Positions 39,652 through 52,548 of a DNA stretch of 64,000 nt are shown here, piece by piece; position 1 is the first letter of the stretch; each line of letters begins with the position of its first letter. The notes below the pieces were generated by a model. That model saw only the letters and a program-made list of their open reading frames with translations. It was not told where the DNA came from and searched no databases. Origin of the DNA: Macrostomum lignano (taxonomy: Eukaryota); the NCBI GenBank assembly GCA_002269645.1, contig NIVC01000385.1:248001-312000 (forward strand), read 5' to 3'. A program made the translations under genes and the position numbers.

Positions 39652-42600
39652 TAATATTATTAGATATATTAAAAAAATTGCTTCCATAACTATGTATATC
39701 CAATTAGTTTGCCCAAAACTTTTATATTTATCATTTATTCTAATAGCTAAGCCCAGGCCTATGGCTATATATCTAGATACATCTAGGTGGCATAGGCCTA
39801 ATTATTGCAGAACTTTATACTAAATTATTATAAAAATATAAATAAAATAGATATATTATATGATAATAGTCAATAAAGATTATCAATTGAAGAAAAAGAA
39901 TAACTGATCTTAATTACATGCTTAGTAGGCATAACCTAGGGCTTCAGCTAGCAATTTTATTGGCAATAAACATTAAATGCAAGTTGCTATTGCATAGATT
40001 TAGAATAGTAAATGCCTAGTCATATGACTGCTCTCAGTAACTTATACTTATAACAACTTATATTTGCATATTGCTAATAGAAAAAGTGGGGTAATTCTTA
40101 AGGTTGTGCATATATGCCATTTGTATAATATGGAATCTAGACTCATACTAAAATATAGAAATGTAGACCCATTTGTTAAATTTAATTTTTTTGCCAGTTT
40201 TAGGCCTAGTTAAAATTGACTTTTTACTAAGGTAAATAACCCTTTGGAAATTTCATAAATAGTGTTTTAATATACTTATTTTAAAGTATTTGTGACATAA
40301 TAATGTGGTGGCCTCGAGATTTACCAGCAAAGGCAAATGAATATGGCAAAGGCAATTTTGAAGCAGTTTTTACTTTTTTAGCACTTGTCAATAATATCAG
40401 TTAATGCGATTAATGGCTGCAGACTTAGTTTATTGTTTAGGCCTATTGTCAACAGAGACAAATCAAAATACAAGTTGGATTTGTAACGATGCACTGGCAG
40501 CTATATAACATTGACAAAAATGAGTTAGATAGCTTAGTAGAAGTGGCATGACTAAGAATGGCAGAGGCCTGGCCTAGGGCTATGGTAGAATGAAGCAAGA
40601 AGCAGGGTTTTCTTTTTTGCCAAAGACAAGGTACAAAATTGCACCCTATGCTCACTTTCATAGTGTGATTTTAAGGCTTAAAGTGCAATTTCTCTTTTTT
40701 CTTATTTTAAGGCATTGCGAATGAGGATTTAATTGAAAAATAGGTTATGAGACCGCACTTAAACCACATTTACATTTCAATTTCAGGGTGCAAATTTAAA
40801 ATTTAAGGTGTATACGCACACTCTACTATGCATAAAAAAATAAACCTAGGCAGGAAAAGAAGGCAACCAAACAAGAGTGCCAGGTGGCAAAGGTCTACAA
40901 GCGGGGATGCATAGCCAGGATCCCAAGAATAACCCTGAGGCCTGAGTGCACGGCTAGACAGAACTGATAAAGAGCGGGCTAGGGGGGTAGGTAGGCATAT
41001 GAGAACTTAGTATAATTAATGCGCAGCTTTTCTATTGGCTAGCTAAGAAAAACAGAAATTATCAATCATACACTGTATAAAGGCTTTAAAAATGTATGCA
41101 GCTGATTAAAATTCTTTGGGCACTACTTTAAGCAGACGTGAGTCATGAGAGAACAAAACTAACAATATTATATATTGGTACTATATATCAATACAGCCCT
41201 TGGCAAGGCTATTTAAACTGACAATGTCACAGTATTCTTTTTCTAAAAAAGTTTTAGGTATTCAAAACATGTAAAGCATTTAAGTATTTAAAACAATCAT
41301 AATTAGTAGGGGTCACAAAATCCTGTATTCTGTCAAATCCCAAGATTGATATTTCTGTTCTCCATGTCCATAAATGTTCTATATTTTACCCAACTGTCTT
41401 GCTTATTGCTATTTTATCAGACTAGCAATAAGTTAGTTCTTCGTGAATTTATAATTTTTAATTGGCATCGCATCGGTCCTAAACTTTAAATCTTTGAAAA
41501 TTTTACTTAACAAAACAAAACTTACTGCAGTCAAAAGTTTATGTCTACACATACAAGTTTATATGTTAATTTTTTGTCACCTGTTTTCTATTAGAATATT
41601 AAATGCGTTTTTTTAGAAAAATGTTATGCATTTTAAAAACCGTGGTGCACATTTTTAAACGCTTATTTTCATTGCTCGAACAGTTTGCGCTTTCGATATT
41701 TTTTTGTACGTAATTGGTCAAATTTCAGCATCTTTCGAAAATAAAGATCTTTTATATTGTTTTGATTCCACTCTCGAGACCTTAAAGATTAAAGTTTAAA
41801 GTTTAAAAAAATAGCTAATAACTTGGTTAATTATCGGCTAGTAGAAGACTAGGAAGTAGGCCTAGATAGAAAGAGCAAACCTACAAACTACAATCCGCGT
41901 TAATTAATGGCTAAATAAATGGGTATAGCCTAAATTTATAGGATCTCTAAAATATAAACTTCTACATTCTGTAGATTGTTCCGAAAACTAGATTTTTTCG
42001 TTAATACAGCTTTTTATTTTAATAATAAGAACAAAATCTCAATGAAACATTTAGGTAAATTGTTTTTACATACATAAATGGTATGCTTAAACTTAAATTA
42101 CCTTTAAGTTTCTATCTCTCATTCGATGACTCAGCAAATTAAAACAGTAGTCATTAGACTATAGTTCTTTATTTTTATCCTAAAAGTTTCAGAATCAATC
42201 TTTTCTTCAGGCAAATTATTGCTGAACTGTTTTTAAATCGATCCATTTTGAGCCTTGGGCATTAAGCCTTAACAAATTTAATTATCTTGATATTCATATT
42301 GTCTAAAACTTTTTTATGTTAAAATGATTTTCCTATAACTTAACATCTTTCTGCTGGTTCTAGTGTAATGACAATCAACTGCTAACCAGGCCAGTAAAAA
42401 TGAATTCGGTGCACAACTCTGTTGATAATAAGAAAGATATTGCTAGGAAGCAGGCTGCTTATGCTGCAGTTGAGGAGCATCTTCTGGTAAATAAAAATGT
42501 TATCTGCAAACAGTCTGTCATGATAATGAATAATTTGTAACTGTGTTCCAGTCTCATTAGTTCATTGATTTTTCAATTGGAATGATTTTTCAGAACTGCC

Positions 42601-43629
42601 AGACAATAGGAGTTGGATCTGGACGAACAATGGTTCATGTTATTGACAGGATTGGTAAGAGTTTCTACTGACAAAAAGAAGCTTTTTATCCCCATATTTA
42701 GACCTAAAAGGTGAATCTGCCCTAGCAGTTTTGCCACATTTTTAGAGCAAAGTTTAGACAAGCTTAACCCTAAACCCTAACCCTAAATAAATTGTATGAA
42801 GTGTTGGAGATATAAAATCCCCCAAGCCATTGGCTGATTGAGTTCACACTATTATCAGCTTAATGGACTTTATGGACATCAAAAGTATAGAAAAAATGTA
42901 CATAAATTTGATTTTGCTGTTCGTGTGCTTTTAAAAAAAACAGCAAATTCTGAAAAACTGGCAGTAGTTGTGTTGTCTTCTTATAAATTAGTTCTCGTTG
43001 ATAACTTGAGTACTTTACAGAAAACCAATCAAAAATAGTCCCGGGGGGCATAGGGAAGAAAAGCAAAGAAGAGCTCGATCTGCACTTTCTACTCGAACGC
43101 AATATTCGAACTACAATAAATAAGTCAAGCCAATAGTAACCATTTGAGCGAGTCAGCCTCTCACTCTCCCCATCTCTCTTAATCTCCATATTTGCCCATA
43201 GGGTTTCTTAGGGCTACTTATCTAGTTCCTGCGATGTGTTTATGGTTTTCCTTCTCTCAGCGAAGACTTGCAAGTACATGCTTGGATATGATTGAGTTCT
43301 AGCTCGTGTTAGCGGAATTGCTTATGTTGGGAAATCAATAGCTGTGCAGGACCCCATCTAGCCAGTAAACCATCAGACTCGCTCTCTTCGCCTGTTTCTT
43401 AATGCTAAAACTTGCATAAAGTCTTCTAAACGTCAATTTCAGCCGAACTAATCCGGCAGAGGGGCTGGTCGGTGCGCTGCATTCCTACTTCTTATCAGGT
43501 ACGTCTGCCTTTATTACCAACCACGATTCGTCAGGGGTCGTCAAACTCCGGACCGCCAAGCCTTTATAATCCGGCCCTCGGGTCCTTTAAAACGTCACAG
43601 TAGCAATCCAACCAGCTCAATGTTTGTCT

Positions 43630-44600
43630 CTTTTCAACTCTCCTCTCCCTTCTCTCCCCTCCCTTCGATCTCCTCTTTCCTCTCTTCTCTCCCTTCTCTT
43701 CTCTCCCTTCTCTCCTCTCTTTTCTCTCTCCTCCATTTTCTCCTCTCTTTTTTCTCCTCTTCCTTCTCTACTTTCTCTCCCCTCCCTTCTCGGCCCTCTC
43801 CCTTCTCCCCTCCCTCTTCTCTCTTCTCCCTTCTTTCCTCTTCCTTCTCTCCTCTCCCTTCCCTCCCCTCTCTTCTCGAACTTCTCTCCTCCTCCTTCTC
43901 TCCTCCTCCTCTCTTCTCGAACTTCTATCCCCTCCTTTCTCTCCCCTCCATTTTCTCCTCTCTTTTTTCTCCTCTTCCTTCTCTTCTTTCTCTCCCCTCC
44001 CTTCTCGGCCCTCTCCCTTCTCCCCTCCCTCTTCTCTCTTCTCCCTTCTTTCCTCTTCCTTCTCTCCTCTCCCTTCCCTCCCCTCTCTTCTCGAACTTCT
44101 CTCCTCCTCCTTCTCTCCTCCCCCTCTCTTCTCTCCCTTCTCTTCTCGAACTTCTATCCCCTCCTTTCTCTCCCCTCCATTTTCTCCTCTCTTTTTTCTC
44201 CTCTTCCTTCTCTTCTTTCTCTCCCCTCTCCCTTCTCCCCTCTCCCTTCTCTCTTCTCCCTTCTCTCCTCTCGCTTCTCTCTTCTCCCTTCTCTCCTCTC
44301 GCTTCTCTCTTCTCCCTTCTCTCCTCTCGCTTCTCTCCTCTTTCCTCTCTTCTCTCCCTTCTCTCCTCTCGCTTCTCTCCTCTTCCTTCTCTCCCTTCGT
44401 TTCTCTGCTCTCCCTTCGCTCCTTTCCCTTCTTTCCTCTCCCTTCTCTCCTCTTCCTTCTCTCCTCTCGCTTCTCTCATCTTTCCTCTTTTCTCTCCCTT
44501 CTCTTCTCTCCTCTCGCTTCTCTCCTCTTCCTTCTCTCCCTTCGTTTCTCTCCCCTCCCTTCTCTCCTTTCCCTTCTCTTCTCTCCCTTCTCTCCACAAA
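43630..44600. repeat. About 1-kb polypyrimidine (CT-rich) low-complexity tract in RPIA intron 3
   Basis: Almost only C and T on the + strand, with internally repeated blocks (ctcggccctctccc twice, tctcgaacttc several times). Confidence 0.95.
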
Positions 44601-45342
44601 ATCTCTTTCATGTACAACTTCATTGGCGGCTGGCTAGCGCTCGTAGCTAATGTAGCTTCAACTGCTTTTGCTTTCTTATAAAACAACTTACGCATTCGTT
44701 CACGCTACTGAACCGAAACTCCCACATGCGCCAAAGGCGAAGCAGCTAATTCTCGAGCGTGGACTCCGCCTATTCGAGCTGGAGCACTGCGACGAAGAGC
44801 TGGACTGGTCGGTGGACAGCGCAGACGAGGTGGACTCCGAGCTAAACCTGATCAAAGGCGGCGGCGGCTGCCTGTTGCAAGAGAAAATAGTTGACACCGC
44901 CGCTCACACTTTGGTGATTGTGTGCGACGAGAGCAAGTATAGCGTCCAGTTTGGGCACAAGTGGAAGGGCGGCATCCCGCTCGAGGTTGTGCCTATGGCC
45001 TGGTCGCTGGTTAAACGCCGGGTCGAGTGCCAGTTCGGTGGCAGTGCCCTGCTGAGGGAGTCTCTGGGAAAGCTGGTGAGCTGGTGACATAGAAGCTGTC
45101 ATCAGTATTCTATGGGGCTGTCATCAGCATTTTATGGGGCTGTCGTCAGCATTTTGCATCATATCAATGTTCGCATAATTTTCCGTTTTAAGTTTTAGCT
45201 ATTAGTAAAACTAGTTGCCAACGCCAATCGAAAAGCCGACTCCCAAAAACCATTAATATTTTCAGGGTCCCGTTGTCACTGATAACGGCAATTTTATACT
45301 CGACTGGCACTTCGATCAGCAGCACAATTGGGAAGCCCAATT

Positions 45343-45707
45343 GGGGGGGGGCGTAGCCCAGCGGTAGCGCAGCTGCTCTGGTGTGCCAGCGACCCAGGCT
45401 CGATTCCAAGTGCAGTCACATTAATTTGGGGCTGAATTGGAATCTCGGCTTGGCTCTGCTCGTGCAATTAACGGCCTTGAGAGCCAACCCCCTAAGGCGC
45501 AGTGAAGTGTACATGCCTAACGATAATATAAAGTTAGGGCCGCTGTACACTCCTGTGTGAGTGTGTGCATGCGTACGTATCCGCGTGCTTGTATGCCTGT
45601 TCAGGGGAGTCGGCGGAATGGGCAGTAATGCCTCTCGCCGGTTGTGTGCCTATGTCGCTTAAAGTGCGCCAGGGTGCACACAACCCCCCTGCCTCTAATA
45701 AAAAAAC
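45343..45707 (+). mobile_element. tRNA-derived SINE family A, copy 2 (inside RPIA exon 5)
   Basis: gggggcgtagcccagcggtagcgc (A-box-like), cccaggctcgattcc (B-box-like), a body homologous to 33255-33625, and an aataaaaaaa tail. Confidence 0.85.
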
Positions 45708-46959
45708 TCCTGCGACAACAAATAATTAGTTTACTGATTATGTCTGCCCGTTAAATCAATCCAGGCGTGATCGAGACCGGCCTGTTCATTCAGCTGGCAT
45801 CGAAAATCTACGTTGGCAATATGGACGGCTCAGTGAACCGCTTGGTGCTTAAATGAGACAACAGTTGTCTACACTGCGTGCTTGTTGCAGCCTGGAGCTT
45901 AACTTTGCTGTCTGTTTACCTCTTTTTTAACGATTGTTTTACCACAACTTTATACATGTAGTATTATACTAATACCCAATTAAAAACGTTACCAATTCAA
46001 TCCGATCTTTTAAATTGCATTCTGTATGGCACTATTGTTTTGAATTTTTACTTTTAGTAGTAAGCACACCAATTATATACACTGCTAATAGCTGTTTTAT
46101 AAGCGTACTCGTGCATGTAAAATCAATTTCATTATTAACTAGATAGGTACATCTATAGTTTATTCACCGTATTTCTTTTGCGTTGTCATTAATTCTGTTC
46201 TACACTATATTCTATTATTCTATTCTATTCTGACTCTAGTGATAGCAGCTGTCTTAGAAGTTTTACAGACAGATTTTTTAGAAAAAAAGTTATTTATTAC
46301 TTTTAGTAGACTATACTAAATAAAGAAGACGCAATGCAAACGACCGTTTCCATTTACTTAACTCTCAACTTATCGCTTGCACAGCACTAGTCAATTTGAT
46401 AATTTTTGGATCTCCCAAACGGTTTTACTATATTTTTTCTAATTAGAGGTGAACTTTTTATTGAAATTTCCTAGTCCACGATGCTTAAATGATGCGTTAT
46501 TTTTTTCTATATTCCTAACTTTTTTGTTCTACTGTTTCTTATTGTGTGTGAACGCGTAATAAAAGACTTCGCTATCAATCACTAATATTAGCTCGTAGTA
46601 TTAGTAATGTTTTACTGACTTCGGTTATAAATAATTATTTTAGAGCAACGTACTCGCAATAAGTACATTGTACACTTATTCCTTTTTCTTAACAGACTGC
46701 ATAATCTATAAATTGTTTTTTCCTAATAAGTAATAATAATAAACTGCATAATTTTTATAATAACGATTTTATTGTAATATTATGTTGCACAAAAATTTGT
46801 CAAGGCTTAAAATTTTAATTATTATTGACATAACTACAAACTACATGTAGCAATCTAGTGCCCCCTTCGGGGCGCCCCATAAGCAAGGAACAAATATTTT
46901 GTTGTGAATCCTGTTTGCTTTAACACCTAAGCAATTCCCCCGTATGCCTTGATATCTCA

Positions 46960-47535
46960 ACAATCGCACCCGTAAGCCTTGATATCTAGGCAATTCCTCC
47001 AGTAAGCCTCGACATCTCAGCAGTTCCTCCAAGTAAGCCTTGACATCTCAGCAACTACCCCCCCCCAGGAAGCCGTAACATCTCAGCAATCCCCCCACGC
47101 CTCCAGTAAGCCTTGATATCTACGCAATTCCCCCAGTAAGCCTCGACATCTCAGCAGTTCCCCCAGTAAGCCTCGACATCTCAGCAATTACCCCAGTAAG
47201 CCTCGACATCTCAGCAATTACCCCAGTAAGCCTCGACATCTCAGCAGTTCCCCCAGTAAGCCTCGACATCTCAGCAGTTCCAACAGTAAGCCTCGACATC
47301 TCAGCAATTACCCCAGTAAGCCTCGACATCTCAGCAGTTCCCCCAGTAAGCCTCGACATCTCAGCAGTTCCCCCAGTAAGCCTCGACATCTCAGCAGTTC
47401 CCTCAGTAAGCCTCGACATCTCAGCAGTTCCCCCAGTAAGCCTCGACATCTCAGCAGTTCCCCCAGTAAGCCTCGACATCTCAGCAGTTCCCTCAGTAAG
47501 CCTCGACATCTCAGCAGTTCCCCCAGTAAGCCTCG
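46960..47535. repeat. 30-bp minisatellite (ccccagtaagcctcgacatctcagcagttc)
   Basis: About 14 clean units plus degenerate 5' units. Confidence 0.95.
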
Positions 47536-48627
47536 TTACGAGAGTAGATTTAAAGCATGAGCAAGATAATATACAAAAATATACTTTTCTTACGGAGGAA
47601 GCCAGACAGTTTGGTGTCAAGATAGTTTGGTGCCAGAGCAAGTGGAAGCTTTGCAGAGGGAGAGTTGCAGAGAATTAAGTTCTTTGCTTATAATGTTAAA
47701 TATTTATAGTTTATGGGGCATATGTACTGATATTGATATACTGGAGATTTTGTTTGTTATATTGTGTTTTGTGAGTGTTCCACTGAATATTCATGGAAAA
47801 GAACATTTGCTAAGCTTTTAAAAGCAGTTTTGCATACCATACAATGTCAATGCCACTCAAAACTAGAAGTGTCTGGCATTCCTTATAGATATTATATTAG
47901 AGTACAGAAAATAAATTGAAGAGAACACTGAAAAACAATTTTAGCCTTGAATTGAGCTTAAATAGAAGAAACGAACCAATGTATAAGGCACAACAGCATT
48001 ATTAAAAAAATATCTAATTATAAAATTTACCAACAATAATTTTTACTCGGTAACAATCAGCATTAGAGAGATCAGCGACTTGAGATATCTGTAAGGAAAT
48101 AAATTGTTCAGCGAATTTCAGTTGAAACAAAAAAGCAAATGAGACTATTCAATTTTTGTCGACCATTTACTTGCACCAATGGCATAAGAGAAGCAAAATC
48201 TTCTCTCACAAGCTGTGTTTATCTACTTATTATAACGATTAATATCATACCTTACTTAAGGTCTTGTACTATTAATTAACAGGGACAAAATACAGGAAAT
48301 ACTTCATACATAAAATAACTTGTGTGATAATTAGTAGATAAAAATCATTCGTAACAATAAGCCTAAAATTAAATATATGCAAAATAATTCATAAAAGTAA
48401 ACTTATTCATTCAATAATTCCTCTTGTATATACACAAAATAAAAGTTTGGCTTTAAAAAGAATTATAGAAAGCAAAGGATTCCTTTTTGAATTGACTGAT
48501 CTAGCCACCAAGTGAAAATAGCTGGGTCAAAATATGAAAGCAGGTATATTTATGTAGTACTCGCATATTTAAACACTAACTGACTAGAAATTTCTAGTAA
48601 TAGTAGGTGTTTTAACATTTTTAAAGC

Positions 48628-48870
48628 ACCTGCCCTGACGGGGAGATGTGCAACCGACAGCTCAGCAGTCCCAGCTATTGCGCGGCGCATCTGAAGGCTG
48701 CGTATGGCTGTTCAGTCCAAGGACTGGGACCCCCCGGTCGACACACACACAATGCAATGCAGAGTCAAGTGTCTTTCTCATGAACAAATTGCTCCGAGTG
48801 GGTCAAGAATCGAACCCCCGACCTTTCAGTCGTGAGTCCGACGCTCTAACCGCTAGGCTACAACCTTTTA
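48628..48870 (-). mobile_element. tRNA-derived SINE family B (CORE-like), copy 1
   Basis: The reverse complement ggttgtagcctagcggttagagcgtcggactcacgactgaaaggtcgggggttcgattcttgacccactcggagcaatttg is a tRNA-like head shared with 51718 and 60505. Confidence 0.8.
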
Positions 48871-49093
48871 CTACTTCATAGTAGACTATATATCAGTTTA
48901 TTTTGCAATTAATTTTATACGTGTAATATTCTACTACTTTTACTATAAGTAAAGTATAAAGAAAATGCTTCGTAAAGTAGTTGTAAATCGATCGTGTATT
49001 TTTAATTTATCGATCTATTAGTTGTTTTCTATACACTATTTCGTGGCTCTGCAGCATAACACGGGCTTTCCGGATTGCGACGAGCAACACCTT

Positions 49094-52000
49094 CTAGATT
49101 GAGCAGCCCATCTGGAGAAGCAAATTGTTTAGTAGGCGGGTTACAACGCCTTGTGGCACACGAGTTTTATGATCCGGCAGCTCGTTAGCCGGGTCAGAAT
49201 TCACCCAGCGATCGTAGGCCAAGCCGCGCCAGCGAGCCATGGCTCGGAAGTGAATGTTGCCCGGGCTCCAGTAGTTCGGGTACAGCTCCATCAGAGCCGA
49301 GCCCGGCGGTAGAAACAGCGTATGCGACAGCGCCGCTCCGTGCATGCCGGCCAGAATCTGACGGCGGTTGATTGGTGAGGCTTTGCTATTGACTTCCTAG
49401 TTGGTCCTTGAATCTGCCTCTCCGCTTTCCTCACTCAGTCCTTGAATCTGCCTCTCTGCTCTCCTCACTCAGTCCTTGAATCTGCCTCTCCGCTCTCCTC
49501 ACTCAGTCCTTGAATCTGCCTCTCCGCTCTCCTCACTCAGGACTTGAATCTGCCTCTCCGCTCTCCTCACTCAGTCCTTGAATCTGCCTCTCCGCTCTCT
49601 TCACTCAGGACTTGAATCTGCCTCTCCGCTCTCCTCACTCAGGACTTGAATCTGCCTCTCCGCTCTCTTCACTCAGGACTTGAATCTGCCTCTCCGCTCT
49701 CCTCACTCAGTCCTTGAATCTGCCTCTCCGCTCTCCTCACTCAGGATTTGAATCTGCCTCTCCGCTCTCTTCACTCAGTCCTTGAATCTGCCTCTCCGCT
49801 CTCCTCACTCAGTCCTTGAATCTGCCTCTCCGCTCTCCTCACTCAGGACTTGAATCTGCCTCTCCGCTCTCTTCACTCAGGACTTGAATCTGCCTCTCCA
49901 CTCGTCGCATGAATCAGACAATAGATTCGCACCTGAACGCCAGAAATAAGTTTCAGCTGCTGTCTAAAGTCCATATTCTCCAGCGCCGCGCTGGACACGC
50001 GCAAATGCAATTTAGAAAACGCGGTCTGAGCCTCAGCCAGCAGCTGCTCCTCGTTAGCGATTTTTCGTACAACGCTGCCGCGCGGATTCCTCGGATGCGC
50101 CACGTAGTTGCGGCGCCAGACAAACAACAGGCGCAGGCCGGTGCAGTTGCGGCCAGCCAGCGAAGACGCCGCCGCGCCCCCAACAGTGTCGGCAAACGGC
50201 AATCCGTGGCGGGACAGAAAGAATCTTCGGAACGGCTCGTGCAGCGGCAAACTCGGCCGGTTGTGCTGGTGCAGCGGCGCGTCGTAACTCATCATCACCC
50301 AGATCAGGTCGTCCACAACCTGCGGTGGAATCAGGCCAGTTGTGAGGTTTATGCTTATGAGGGCTAAGAACTCAAACTTTAATAAGATATGAAAAAAATC
50401 CATCCAAATCCATGGAAACAGCCACTCATTGCTGATCTCAAATCCATGGAAACAGCCACTCATTGCTGATCTTAAATCCATGGAAACAGCCACTCATTGC
50501 TGATCTCAAATCCATGGAAACAGCCACTCATTGCTGATCTCAAATCCATGGAAACAGCCACTCATTGCTGATCTCAAATCCATGGAAACAGCCACTCATT
50601 GCTGATCTCAAATCCATGGAAACAGCAACTCATTGCTGATCTCAAATCCATCTAAATCCATGGAAACAGCCACTCATTGCTGATCTCAAATCCATGGAAA
50701 CAGCCACTCATTGCTGATCTCAAATCCATGGAAACAGCCACTCATTGCTGATCTCAAATCCATGGAAACAGCCACTCATTGCTGATCTCAAATCCATGGA
50801 AACAGCAACTCATTGCTGATCTCAAATCCATCTAAATCCATGGAAACAGCCACTCATTGCTGATCTCAAATCCATGGAAACAGCCACTCATTGCTGATCT
50901 CAAATCCATGGAAACAGTCACTCATTGCTGATCTCAAATCCATCTAAATCCATGGAAACAGTCACTCATTGCTGATCTCAAATCCATGGAAACAGCCACT
51001 CATTGTTGATCTCAAATCCATGGAAACAGCCACTCATTGCTGATCTCAAATCCATGGAAACAGTCACTCATTGCTGATCTCAAATCCAGGGAAACAGCCA
51101 CTCATTACTGATCTCAAATCTATTAATATATCTACAGAAGCAGGTAAAAACCAACCTGTAAAGACTTGAGCTCGCCAATTCGTACAACCCGACCAAACAA
51201 AGTGGACCAGATACCGTCCAACGAGCCTTTAGGATGGCCATCAACAATGAGCACTGTAGCATTAGCCGGATCAATACCATAATAGACGCAGGCAACAAAT
51301 GCATTATAGAAGTCCGTCATAGTGTGATACAGATTAGCATATTCGTATCGGGTAATGGCTAGCACAGGCCCTGCCAGTTGAGATTTAGTTTGGGTATCGG
51401 ATTGCAGCTGATGCAGTTCAGAGTCGCTAATTGTAGTGCTGCCGGGCAGGTAAACCAGATTCAGATGCGATTTCGGATTTTGGAATGCGCCAACAAAATC
51501 TTTTAGCTGAATGCCAGGTTGTTTCTCTGGACAGACGACGCGGAATGCGCCCGGTTTGAGGGTCCAGTATTCTGAGTTCTCGGACTGGTTGAGCACCTGT
51601 TGAGAAGCGGTATAATAAAAACTGAATTTCGCATGATTTTTGTAAACGATTTAAATAAATCTCGGTAAGAGTGTACTTACAAACTACTGTTACTAAGTAG
51701 CTTGAAACTAATTTTTAGGGTTTTAGCCTAGTGATTAGAGTGTCGGACTCCCGACTGAAAGGATTCTCAACCCACTCGGAGCAATTTGTGTCCTTGAACA
51801 AGACACTTTACTACTCTGCATTGCTTCAGTTCACCCAGCTGTAAAATGGGTGCCAGCATTAGGTGGGGTAGTCGAGGGTATGTGCGGCGACCCAGACCCC
51901 TCAGATCTTGGACTGAACAGCCGTACTACTGAATACCTGTGGCTGAGCTGTTGGTTGCAAATCAGCCTAATAGGGCAGGTGTAATCAAATTATATATTTA

Positions 52001-52548
52001 TTTTTTAGAGATTAATAATTTAGCTACTTTTTCAGTAGAATAAGCACTTTTACCTTGATTAAACAAGAATGTAGGTTGTAATTGTTTTGAAATATTAAAA
52101 AAATGAGATTCACCTCAGAGATCTCTTCGCCGCCTTTTCGACCAGCGCCTTTGCTAGAATTGACAATAACTCCACCTTTTAGGCGGGCAAAACCGGCTGG
52201 GACAGTGAGCAAATTATGTGAGCAATAGTGCTTCTCAGATGAGCGCCATTCCCTGAGTTGTCGCTCCTCTTGCATTGGATCTCCATAGGACCAGTCTGAG
52301 TTAGCAGCGGACCTGCCGCTGGCATTGCCAGACCCACCAACAAGTGGATGGTAGTGCAGGCCACTCACTCTGGGCACTAGAAGACGCTTTATACCAGAAT
52401 TCAATGACTCCTGCTCAGATGAGCCAGCATCGTCCATTGAAGCTGACTGTTGATTTTTTTGCGATATGCTGTACCATAGAGACAGCGAAAACCATAGCAT
52501 GCTTATACAGGCCAAGCCTTTAATTATCTTGCCAGCTGATATTCGCAT
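49094..52548 (-). CDS. Glycosyltransferase family 61 (DUF563; EOGT/xylosyltransferase-like) type II membrane protein, 4 exons
   Basis: Minus-strand exons 52548-52114, 51596-51156, 50319-49933 and 49357-49094; all phase 0 GT-AG. N-terminal TM segment, ITRYEYANLYHTMTDFYNAF, FVWRRNYVAHPRN..VRKIANE, ILAGMHGAALSHTLFLP and LMELYP are GT61 hallmarks. Confidence 0.88.
49405..49900. repeat. 34-bp minisatellite (ccttgaatctgcctctccgctctcctcactcagt) in GT61 intron 3
   Basis: Direct tandem copies with 34-bp period. Confidence 0.96.
50400..51120. repeat. 34-bp minisatellite (gatctcaaatccatggaaacagccactcattgct) in GT61 intron 2
   Basis: Direct tandem copies; periodic atctaaatcc insertions. Confidence 0.96.
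51718..51990 (+). mobile_element. SINE family B (CORE-like), copy 2, in GT61 intron 1
   Basis: tRNA-like head followed by tgtgtccttgaacaagacactttactactctgcattgcttcagttcacccagctgtaaaatggg. Confidence 0.8.

Larger units (their letters stand above)
42400..45856 (+). pseudogene. RPIA: Ribose-5-phosphate isomerase A gene, apparently disrupted (SINE in exon 5, motif substitutions)
   Basis: Exons 42400-42486, 42594-42654, 43443-43498, 44737-45075, 45266-about 45340 (interrupted) and 45765-45856. RKQAAYAAVE, RCIPTSYQ|[44 protein letters not shown] and GVIETGLF identify RPIA. Exon 5 runs into a SINE and a TAG at 45365-45367. Gene identity is secure; pseudogene status is inferred. Confidence 0.75.

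Noticed and set aside
42765-42786. Telomere-like (CCCTAA) motif
   Set aside because: Only about 3 imperfect units; too short to call an interstitial telomeric sequence.
43620-44695. 353-aa, 337-aa and 256-aa Ser/Leu/Pro- or Arg/Glu-rich ORFs
   Set aside because: Translations of the CT-rich intronic tract of RPIA.
48795-48870. tRNA-like sequences here and at 51718, 60505, 45343 and 33560-33625
   Set aside because: They are heads of longer interspersed SINE copies, with no clean cloverleaf or acceptor stem; not called as tRNA genes.
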